Assembly (NCBI GenBank): GCA_004294005.1
Contig: RDZP01000002.1
Location: 2,272 to 66,271, forward strand
Source of the DNA: Cytophagia bacterium
GTDB taxonomy: Bacteria > Bacteroidota > Bacteroidia > Cytophagales > Microscillaceae
Direction: 5' to 3'
DNA length: 64,000 nucleotides
The notes under the pieces were generated by a model, which saw nothing but the letters and a program-made list of their open reading frames with translations, had not been told where the DNA came from and did not search any database. Both the position numbers and the translations under genes were made by a program. Positions 36,506-44,484 of the stretch are shown in pieces (positions within the stretch are counted from its first letter, which is position 1; the number at the start of each line of letters is the position of its first letter).

Positions 36506-37483
36506 CTAAAAAATTCTACCTTTCCAAACTACTTTTTTATTTAAAAAATAATCTAAAAAAACAATCGGAGAGATACAACAATGCAAAATACTAAGAAAAG
36601 GAAAAAATAATAATAAATGAAGTTGATGAATTTTTTTTAAATTAAAATACAAAAAAAATAATCTTACTAATTCACCCACAAAAAAAATAATACCAAAAAA
36701 AATAGTAAAATAAGATAATAACAATAAAATAATACCTGAAAAAGCTTTTAAAATGAGTAAAAAGGAAAAAAAATAATGAACATTCATTGCACCATAGAGC
36801 CATCTTTTTCTTTGTTGTATCCAATCTTTGATGTTTTTGGTTGGTTGCGTAAAAGCCAATACATTTTCGTTGTATAATTGCTTGAATTGTCCACCATTTT
36901 TGACAATACTCTGAAATAATAAAAAATCTTCGGTTAAAGAAAAAGGCAAACTTTCGTAGCCACCTATTTTGTGATATGCCTCTTTTTTAAAAGCCATATT
37001 ATTACCTACAGAAGTCAATGGAATATTTTTTTTTGCAAATATATCCACAATTCCAAAAATTTCTGCCCATTCTAAACTTTGTATTTTCCCAAAAAAAGAA
37101 TTACTTTTTGGAAGTGTAACGCCTGTAATAATAGTAAATTTTTTATCAAAATACAACATAAAATTTTGTATCCAATCTTTTTGAACGTATGTATCAGCAT
37201 CAGTAACAAATATAATTTCATTACTTGTTTTTTGAATGAGTTGTGCTAATACATTTGTTTTTCCTTTTAGGCAAGGATTTTCGGAAGGTAAAATATCAAA
37301 TAAATAAAAATTTGGTTTATTTTTGATAAATGCTTCTATGATTTTTTTTGAATTATCTTGCGAATCATCATTGCCTATCAATACATCAAAGTTAGTATAA
37401 GATAAATTTTGAATATGTGTCAGACAATCTATAATTGTATTTTCTTCATTTCTAACAGCAATAATGATAGTAACTTTTTTCAT
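36506..37483 (-). CDS. family 2 glycosyltransferase with C-terminal TM segments
   Basis: GT2 motifs (VTIIIAVRNEE, GNDDSQD, VTDADT, and the Q(R/Q)xRW-like QQRKRW). The C-terminal ~90 aa are hydrophobic. It lies 9 nt downstream of the SpoIIE gene. Confidence 0.85.
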   Translation of the reverse strand: MKKVTIIIAVRNEENTIIDCLTHIQNLSYTNFDVLIGNDDSQDNSKKIIEAFIKNKPNFYLFDILPSENPCLKGKTNVLAQLIQKTSNEIIFVTDADTYVQKDWIQNFMLYFDKKFTIITGVTLPKSNSFFGKIQSLEWAEIFGIVDIFAKKNIPLTSVGNNMAFKKEAYHKIGGYESLPFSLTEDFLLFQSIVKNGGQFKQLYNENVLAFTQPTKNIKDWIQQRKRWLYGAMNVHYFFSFLLILKAFSGIILLLLSYFTIFFGIIFFVGELVRLFFLYFNLKKIHQLHLLLFFPFLSILHCCISPIVFLDYFLNKKVVWKGRIF

Positions 37484-37492
37484 TTCAAATTT

Positions 37493-39391
37493 TTATAATC
37501 TAAATCCAAATAACAAAATATCATCAGTTTGTGGTAATTTACTTTTCCATTTTGTTACTTCTGCACTTAATTTTTCTTTTTGTATTTTGATATCCAAATG
37601 ATGATTATTAATCAACCAATCCATCAATTGTGTTTTCATAAACTTTCGTCTTGGTGCTTGTTTGTTGGCGTAACCTAATTGGTCTTGCACGCCATCAGAG
37701 CATATATAAAATATTTCGTTTTCTTCGAATGTAAAAGATTGATTTTCAAATATTTTTGTACCTCTCAAAGTACTTCCAATCGACATATTTAAGCCTTTTA
37801 AAATTGTAAGTTGATTGTTTTTAATGATATATAAAGGTATTTTTGCTCCCGCAAATTCACCTTTTTTGGTGGATAAATCAAAAGCAATCAAACCAATATC
37901 CAATCCATCACCATCTCTATTGGTTTGATGTTTGAAGGCAGAAACAACTCTTTTATGTAATAAAGTTAATATTTCAGCAGGATTATCGATGTGTTGTTCT
38001 CTGATAATTTCATTCAATAAAGCCATCGCCATCATTGTCATAAATGCACCGGGTACGCCATGTCCTGTGCAATCTGCTACCGCCAACAAAACCTTATTTC
38101 CCTCTTTATGACACCAATAAAAATCACCTGAAACTATATCTCTTGCCTGATACCAAACAAAATATTCTTTGAATAAGTTTTGTAAATCTTCGTTGTCAGG
38201 TAATAAAGAATTTTGAATTGTTTGTGCATATCTGATACTATCTGTAATGTTTTTATTGAAGTCTTCTAAATTTTTCTTTTGGCTTTGAATTTCAACATTT
38301 TTTTTGTCTAATATAATGGTTGCTTGTTTTAAAACTTCGTTTGTGCCTATCAAAACTTCATTTGTTTCTTTTATTTCGCCTAATTTTTCATTCAAAAATC
38401 GACTTTGTTTTCTTATTTTTCTAAGATTTAAAATCAAAGTCAATACAATAATTACCGCAGAAATAGAAATAATAATGAAAATAGTAATATTTCTTTGTGC
38501 AATTGTTTTTTGTAATTCGGCAGCGGAGCGTGTTTTATTTAATTTTTCACTTGCTTCTTTTTCTTTTTTTTCTGTTTGTGAAACAATATCCAATAATTCT
38601 GTAATAGTTCCTTCAGCTTTATCTTGTACTACTGCAAGTGCTTTTTTATTTTCAGTCAATAAATTTTCTATTTTTTGAATATCATTTTCTAATTTTTCAG
38701 GGTTTTTTACATCTTTGTATCTTTTTTGTAATTGTCTTAATCTTTTTTCCAAACTTTGTCTTTGTAGTAAAAAATATTGTCTTTCATTCAAAATGGCTCT
38801 TTTTCTTTCATCATTTTGTAATGTATCTTTACTATTATTCAACAAAGAAGTTCTGGGTATAAGTGTATAAAAATTATTTTGTAAATTATCAATCTTAAAT
38901 TCTTCGCCTCCACCTGATGCATAACCTAATATTAAAAAACGATATTTTTGATTAGGTACAACAGTTTGAGGGATTTTCAATGAAAATTCTCCATCTTCAT
39001 TGGTGGTTACAGCGGAAAGTGCGGGTATTCCTGTAAGTATTACCTTTACATTTGCCAATGGAGTTTTGTATAAACTCAACACTTTTCCTTTGATAGTCGC
39101 AGGTGGAGCCATCGTAACTATAATATCACCGTTATTATTTTGATTCCAATCCAATAAAATCAGTCCATCTTTATAAGCATCTATTGAGTTAAGAATTTCG
39201 TTTTTATCAGCAAAAAATTTAAACTCCCCTTCATTATTACTCAATTTTATTTCTTTATTATTGACAGAAATTTTAACGTCAGGAATGTTTTTTCCTACTA
39301 TATCAATCACCTTTCCCTTAAATATTTCTTGTGCCAATAAAATATTCCAACTTAAAAAAGAAAAAACTATAACTAAAGTAATTTTTTTCAT
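37493..39391 (-). CDS. SpoIIE/PP2C-family sensor phosphatase (two CarboxypepD_reg-like domains, coiled coil, TM, PP2C)
   Basis: Signal peptide. Two G.V.D..G....V.V......T...GEF beta-sandwich patterns, a coiled coil, a TM helix (ITIFIIISISAVIIVLTLIL), then the PP2C blocks YAQTIQNSLLP, DIVSGDFYW and VADCTGHGVPGAFMT. Confidence 0.85.
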   Translation of the reverse strand: MKKITLVIVFSFLSWNILLAQEIFKGKVIDIVGKNIPDVKISVNNKEIKLSNNEGEFKFFADKNEILNSIDAYKDGLILLDWNQNNNGDIIVTMAPPATIKGKVLSLYKTPLANVKVILTGIPALSAVTTNEDGEFSLKIPQTVVPNQKYRFLILGYASGGGEEFKIDNLQNNFYTLIPRTSLLNNSKDTLQNDERKRAILNERQYFLLQRQSLEKRLRQLQKRYKDVKNPEKLENDIQKIENLLTENKKALAVVQDKAEGTITELLDIVSQTEKKEKEASEKLNKTRSAAELQKTIAQRNITIFIIISISAVIIVLTLILNLRKIRKQSRFLNEKLGEIKETNEVLIGTNEVLKQATIILDKKNVEIQSQKKNLEDFNKNITDSIRYAQTIQNSLLPDNEDLQNLFKEYFVWYQARDIVSGDFYWCHKEGNKVLLAVADCTGHGVPGAFMTMMAMALLNEIIREQHIDNPAEILTLLHKRVVSAFKHQTNRDGDGLDIGLIAFDLSTKKGEFAGAKIPLYIIKNNQLTILKGLNMSIGSTLRGTKIFENQSFTFEENEIFYICSDGVQDQLGYANKQAPRRKFMKTQLMDWLINNHHLDIKIQKEKLSAEVTKWKSKLPQTDDILLFGFRL

Positions 39392-39448
39392 TGATGTATT
39401 ATTGTGTATTGAGTGTCTTGTGAATTTTTTTTATTATCATTTGGGAGT

Positions 39449-39598
39449 GCTACACTTGTAATGTTTTGTCTTGTTGAACGAAGTGAAGTATGTTTACCAT
39501 TGAATAGCGTTTTGCAAACAAAAGAAAGATTTTTCGTTCCGCTCAAAATCAGTCTAATTTTAAACTTAAAATCAGACAAAAAACATTACAAGCATAGC
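39449..39598. repeat. ~150-bp imperfect palindrome / multi-stem element in intergenic region
   Basis: The outer arms are GCTACACTTGTAATGTTTTGTC (39449-39470) and GACAAAAAACATTACAAGCATAGC (39575-39598). Inner complementary pairs are GAACGAA/TTCGTTC and TCTAATTTTAA/TTAAAATCAGA. Confidence 0.5.
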
Positions 39599-39608
39599 AT
39601 ATCTATTT

Positions 39609-40418
39609 TTAAATGTCTTCTAAATTAAAACCTTTTTCTTTCAAAAGTTTTTTAAGTAGATTGTTTTCTTCTTTTGCTTCTGCTGCTGCTTTCTGTGCTT
39701 CTGCTGCAATTTCCTCTGCTTGTTCCGCTTTTATTTTTTCAGATTTAGCAATTTCCTCTGCTTTTTGAGTTGCTTCTTCTGCTTTTCTAAGTGCTTCTTC
39801 TGCTTCTTTTCTTTTTTGTGTTTGTTCGACAAAAGTTAGAAATTGCGTACCATCAGGATTATAAATTTGTAATTTACTTCCTTGTGAAATTTCAAAAGTT
39901 ACGCCTAATAATGGACTTTGAAAAGTTGGTTCAATCAAAGCAGTTTCAAATTGTTGGTCTTTGCGTATCCAGCCGTAAAACTCTTCTTTTAGGGGGTCAT
40001 ATAAGTAATATTCTTTTACGCCATATTTTTGGTAAAATAAATATTTTTTTAACATTTCCATTACGCCATTTGATTTTGATAAGATTTCGAACACAACCGC
40101 AGGAGCGATATTATGTTCATTCCATTGTTGATAACTATCTCTGTGTCCTTTTGGTCTGCCAAAAACAATCATTGTATCGGGTGCAACGCAAATAAAAGGA
40201 TTTCCCTCTTCAGGATACCATAACAAATCACCCGCCACAAATACATCGGTTTTGTTAGCAAATAAAGATTCTAAATTACCTTCGAGGGTAGTAATGTGTT
40301 GAAAATGTGTTGTGCTTTCTGCCATACGGTTGCCGTCACTTGATGGATAAATAATTTCTCCCGTATCTTCATCTCTGTATTTTGTTAATAATGTTGGTTC
40401 TGAAACAAGAGTTTGCAT
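39609..40418 (-). CDS. Uma2-family (DUF820) endonuclease with Ala/Glu/Lys-rich coiled-coil tail
   Basis: The Uma2 pattern (...VAPDTMIVFG....., APAVVFEILSKSN...........Y...GVKEYYLYDP) is followed by about 70 aa of EEALRKAEEATQKAEEIAKSEKIKAEQAEEIAAEAQKAAAEAKEE. Confidence 0.85.
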   Translation of the reverse strand: MQTLVSEPTLLTKYRDEDTGEIIYPSSDGNRMAESTTHFQHITTLEGNLESLFANKTDVFVAGDLLWYPEEGNPFICVAPDTMIVFGRPKGHRDSYQQWNEHNIAPAVVFEILSKSNGVMEMLKKYLFYQKYGVKEYYLYDPLKEEFYGWIRKDQQFETALIEPTFQSPLLGVTFEISQGSKLQIYNPDGTQFLTFVEQTQKRKEAEEALRKAEEATQKAEEIAKSEKIKAEQAEEIAAEAQKAAAEAKEENNLLKKLLKEKGFNLEDI

Positions 40419-40452
40419 ATTTTTTTATTTTGGATAGTAATTAAAGAAAAAA

Positions 40453-42150
40453 TTAAAATTTCATTAAATAAATAGGATAAAATGTTGATTTTCTTGTATT
40501 TGGGTTTAAAAATTCAGGCGTTAATTGTGTAATATGATAACGATTAAATCTTTGGTACTGTTTGATATTTGGATATTTTTTCTCTAAATCTTTTTTTCCT
40601 AATGAATCAGTATAAATAAAAAAAACTTTTTGTTTTTGATATACTTTTTCAAAATCATTGATGTCATCTTTTTTTCCTGCTGTAGTTGCAGGGCTATAAA
40701 AATCTAAAGTGTGTGAATGGTAAGCACCATCACTTCCGTTCACAAAAGTATAGATTTGTTGTGGTAAAATGTTATTTTTTTTTGCAAATTCTGCTACTGC
40801 CTTTCCTGATTGATAAGGAAATAATGCAGGATATATTTGTGAGTTTAATAAAATATTGACACCTGCAATCGTCAGAGCAGATGGTAATAATAATTTTGAA
40901 AATATATCTAATCTAACAAAAAATAAACCAAAACTAATCATCAACACTAATAAACCTATCAGTAATAAACTAAAATTTTGAATGGCAAAAGACCAAAAAA
41001 CCAATACTGAAACCAATAATACTAAAATGATTTGCGTAAAAATTTGTAAACCCAAATGCCAACGGAATAATTTTTTGTATTTATCCACATTCTCTATCAA
41101 AAACACAACATAGCCTGCTGTAAGCATTGCAGCCAAAGGAAAAACTACATAAATATAATGTGGTAATTTAAAATGTGACATCGACATAGCAATAAAAGGC
41201 AATGTAAACCCACCCAAAGTTAATCCTTCTTGTGTCTTAGATAAAAATAATTTTTGTTTAAAAATAGTATAAACACCTTTGATATATCCACCCAAAAATA
41301 AAAATTGCCAAGGCAAAAAGCTCCATAAAAAAGTATGCACAAAGAAAAAAGAATCGCTGTCATCTTTCCATACATTTTCACCTGTCAAACGCCCAAAACT
41401 TTGTTTCCAAAAATAAAAATAAAGTCCTGATTCACCTTTTACACCATTGGTTATTTTTTCGGGTTGGGCGTCAAATTGATAATATAAACCATACATCATA
41501 GGTGATAAAACCAATAACACAATCACTGCACCTAATAACCATTCCCACCTAAAAAATTGTTTAAATTCTCGCCTCAAAATAAAGTGAGTGGCAAAAGCCA
41601 AAACAGGCACCATTATCCCAATGGGTCCTTTTGCTAACATTGCAATGCCCATTCCTACAAATGCACCAAATAAAAAACGGAAATCTTTTTTTTCTGTAAA
41701 TGCTGCTAATTGCCACAAAGAGTAAGCAATTGCATTGGTGAGCATTGTGTCAGTTCGAACATCATGATTGGTCAAAAAATAGGCTTGACATGCTCCTAAC
41801 ATTAGCCCTGCAATATTGCCAGCTTGTTTTCCGTAGTAAAGTGTTGTCAATCTATAAGTAGCATAAACGCCTATCAAAGTTGATAAAAACGGAGCAATTC
41901 GATAGACAAATTGTGAAACACCAAAAATAGCATAAAAAAAACTTGTAACCCAAAAAAGTAAAGGTGGTTTGTCTAAGTAATCGTGTCCACGTTCTAAAAC
42001 TTGTAAATAATTACCTGTTTTGAGCATATCTCGTGATATAAGTGCATATTGAGCTGTATCTACGTCCATTACATCTAATAACATTCCTAAAAAATAGGCA
42101 AATAAAATGCTTACAATAGCCAGTAACCAATAAATTTTTTGTTTTGACAT
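40453..42150 (-). CDS. ArnT/PMT-like (GT39/GT83-type) membrane glycosyltransferase
   Basis: A multi-TM protein with the N-terminal loop motif DVDTAQYALISRDML.TGN......G..YLDKPPLLFW, characteristic of lipid-linked-sugar-dependent glycosyltransferases. The start is taken at ATG 42150 (MSKQKIYW); the track start at 42192 is a TTG. Confidence 0.8.
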   Translation of the reverse strand: MSKQKIYWLLAIVSILFAYFLGMLLDVMDVDTAQYALISRDMLKTGNYLQVLERGHDYLDKPPLLFWVTSFFYAIFGVSQFVYRIAPFLSTLIGVYATYRLTTLYYGKQAGNIAGLMLGACQAYFLTNHDVRTDTMLTNAIAYSLWQLAAFTEKKDFRFLFGAFVGMGIAMLAKGPIGIMVPVLAFATHFILRREFKQFFRWEWLLGAVIVLLVLSPMMYGLYYQFDAQPEKITNGVKGESGLYFYFWKQSFGRLTGENVWKDDSDSFFFVHTFLWSFLPWQFLFLGGYIKGVYTIFKQKLFLSKTQEGLTLGGFTLPFIAMSMSHFKLPHYIYVVFPLAAMLTAGYVVFLIENVDKYKKLFRWHLGLQIFTQIILVLLVSVLVFWSFAIQNFSLLLIGLLVLMISFGLFFVRLDIFSKLLLPSALTIAGVNILLNSQIYPALFPYQSGKAVAEFAKKNNILPQQIYTFVNGSDGAYHSHTLDFYSPATTAGKKDDINDFEKVYQKQKVFFIYTDSLGKKDLEKKYPNIKQYQRFNRYHITQLTPEFLNPNTRKSTFYPIYLMKF

Positions 42151-42289
42151 TTCAATAAGAAGCAAAAAAGAAATTAAAAATATAATTTGCAAAGATAAAT
42201 AAAAAATTGAAAAAAAATAAGATTAGAATAAAAGTTTTCAGTTCTAAAAAAAAAAAAATCATTTTTTGATAAAATAAAATATAATTTAG

Positions 42290-42297
42290 TACCTTTG
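42290..42297 (+). promoter_or_regulatory. candidate -7 promoter box (TACCTTTG)
   Basis: A perfect TAnnTTTG 87 nt upstream of the ATG at 42384, in the divergent intergenic region. Confidence 0.35.
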
Positions 42298-42383
42298 TAA
42301 GATAATTGCAAAGTTTTTGATAGAATAATAATAATTTCGATAAAAACCAATACAATTTTTTTATTTAACTATTATATACACAA

Positions 42384-44435
42384 ATGCTCTGGCTCAATAA
42401 AAATATTCAATTTTTATATAAAAAACTTTTCTTTTTATTTGTTTCATATTCGATGATATGCTTTTTGAACGCTCAAACCGCTAATCTATCTACTGATGAC
42501 GGAATTTCTATTCGAAGAAAAGTAGAAAATGTATTGGAGAAATACAAAGAAGGACTCAAATTGTTAGGTGAACCCTCAAAAACAAGTAGAACTTGGATTG
42601 AGCAAGACATCGATGATATGATTAGTAATTTATTTATTAATAGAAACACAAAAGTTTTTAATGACCTTTCGCGTGTTCGTAATGCAGACAATGAGTACTT
42701 AAATGTAGGTGATTATTTATCAAATATTAGTATTTGGTACAGAGATGGTTTAGATATTAATTATGGTTGGAATATTAAAAATCCTTGTGAATTGAGAGAT
42801 AGTGAGGGTACTTTTTTTAAAGTAAAAGTTGAAATTCAAAAAACTATCAAAGGAACTTATACCATTGATAATGGTATGAATATCAATCAAGATTCCTTAG
42901 ATATTTATGTGAGAGTGCCAATCTTACAAATTAATCCTAAATTAGTATTGGGTGAAGCCAAAATTATAGAAATTACTAAACATACTAACGCAGAATGTAA
43001 AGAAGTAGCATTGAAGGCAGAATTTAAGTTGAGTAATTTTGAAGAAGAGATTTTAAGAAAAAGAGCAGAAAATTTTGTAAGAGATTATGCAATCACACTT
43101 GATTTTGTGGGCAATGAGCGTATCAACGAAAGATACAATGTATTAGATTATTTCGAAAGTAAAAAAACACCTGTCTATAACGACCTTTTTCCGCATATTT
43201 TAAAAAACTCTTTTGAAGCAGATGAATATTTAGGTTATATTGAAAGTTGGTTTCAAAGAGGAATGCGTTTTAGTTATAGTTTTGTAAGAGCAACTAATTT
43301 AATAGAAGATTCTGCACATGTAACCGTAGAAGTAGAAGTTACAAGAAATGCAAAAGTCGCTCAAAAAGGTTTTCAAAATACAGATAGAATGAGTGTTTTT
43401 GTTAAATTTCCTTATGATTTCGCTAATAAATATGTAGGTGCAGAACGAACTACACCAAGAATTAGCAAAATTACAGAAAGAAAAAGAAAAACAAACCCAA
43501 GAAATTATTGGAGTGTAGGAGGAGGATTATTTACCGCTCACTATTTTGGTGATTTGAACGCTAACTTTCAACCTTTTACATTAAACCAAGAACAAACTAC
43601 TATTGGTGGAGGTATTCATATTACCAAAAAACTCACTCCCCGCTTCTCAGTCAGTTTTGGTTTTGCGATTGCTCAAATAAGAGGAGATGATAATCGTGGT
43701 AATGATGTCAATGATAATTTGGAACGTTATCGTTATATTAGAAATTTACATTTTAGAAATACACTCAAAGAGTTTTCATTTTTAGGCACTTATGATTTTT
43801 TATCTTCAAAAGGACTTTTTTATCGTAGAAGAACTTTTACACCTTATATAAGTGCAGGAGTAGGTTTGTTATTTCATAATCCACAGGCACGCACTCCGAT
43901 TGACTTTGGAGCGGCTTGGATAGACTTAAAGCCTCTCAATACAGAAGGACAAGGCAAAGCAGGCTATTCAAAACCTTATTCTTTGCGTCAATTAGTAATT
44001 CCTTTGGCTATTGGTATAAAAATCAAATACAATTCTAAAATTGATATTGCTTTTGAAACAGGTTTTAGGTTTACCTTTACCGATTATTTAGATGATGTCA
44101 GCGGAAATTATCCAAATATGTGGGATTTAGACAGTGATTTAGCCCGAAAAATGTCAAATAGAACCTTAGAAGATGTTTCTGCTACTAATGCTGTTTCACG
44201 TGTATCCGAATTGACTCGTTTATTGGCTGAGTTGAATGGTAATTTGACTTATATTGGTGCAGATGGCAGAACTTATCAAACTTTCAATGGATATGGACGA
44301 AGTACAGATCAAAGAGGAAGCCCTAAAGTAAATGATATGTATATGTTTACAGGTGTAAAAATACATTATTTAATAGGAGTTGGCAAGCAAAAAACAGAGC
44401 CTATACGCAAACGCATTTCTTTTCAGTTTGAATAA
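42384..44435 (+). CDS. secreted protein with duplicated N-terminal domain and C-terminal OM beta-barrel (DUF6089-like)
   Basis: Signal peptide (MICFLNAQ). There are two internally similar ~150-aa modules. The C-terminal ~300 aa have beta-barrel character, starting YWSVGGGLFTAHYFGDLN and ending ISFQFE (aromatic terminus). Confidence 0.5.
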   Translation: MLWLNKNIQFLYKKLFFLFVSYSMICFLNAQTANLSTDDGISIRRKVENVLEKYKEGLKLLGEPSKTSRTWIEQDIDDMISNLFINRNTKVFNDLSRVRNADNEYLNVGDYLSNISIWYRDGLDINYGWNIKNPCELRDSEGTFFKVKVEIQKTIKGTYTIDNGMNINQDSLDIYVRVPILQINPKLVLGEAKIIEITKHTNAECKEVALKAEFKLSNFEEEILRKRAENFVRDYAITLDFVGNERINERYNVLDYFESKKTPVYNDLFPHILKNSFEADEYLGYIESWFQRGMRFSYSFVRATNLIEDSAHVTVEVEVTRNAKVAQKGFQNTDRMSVFVKFPYDFANKYVGAERTTPRISKITERKRKTNPRNYWSVGGGLFTAHYFGDLNANFQPFTLNQEQTTIGGGIHITKKLTPRFSVSFGFAIAQIRGDDNRGNDVNDNLERYRYIRNLHFRNTLKEFSFLGTYDFLSSKGLFYRRRTFTPYISAGVGLLFHNPQARTPIDFGAAWIDLKPLNTEGQGKAGYSKPYSLRQLVIPLAIGIKIKYNSKIDIAFETGFRFTFTDYLDDVSGNYPNMWDLDSDLARKMSNRTLEDVSATNAVSRVSELTRLLAELNGNLTYIGADGRTYQTFNGYGRSTDQRGSPKVNDMYMFTGVKIHYLIGVGKQKTEPIRKRISFQFE

Positions 44436-44484
44436 TATACAAATTGGTTTAGTTTTAATATTATTTTTAATCTTATCATTTACA

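Noticed and set aside
39388-39628. Two overlapping 63-71-aa ORFs on opposite strands between the SpoIIE and Uma2 genes.
   Set aside because: They mirror each other across the 150-bp palindromic element. I treat the region as non-coding structured DNA or RNA.
42152-42355. A 67-aa ORF upstream of the ArnT-like gene.
   Set aside because: It lies in extremely AT-rich promoter DNA. The translation is a Phe/Leu/Asn/Lys repeat, and it overlaps the TTG-extended start of the neighbouring gene.
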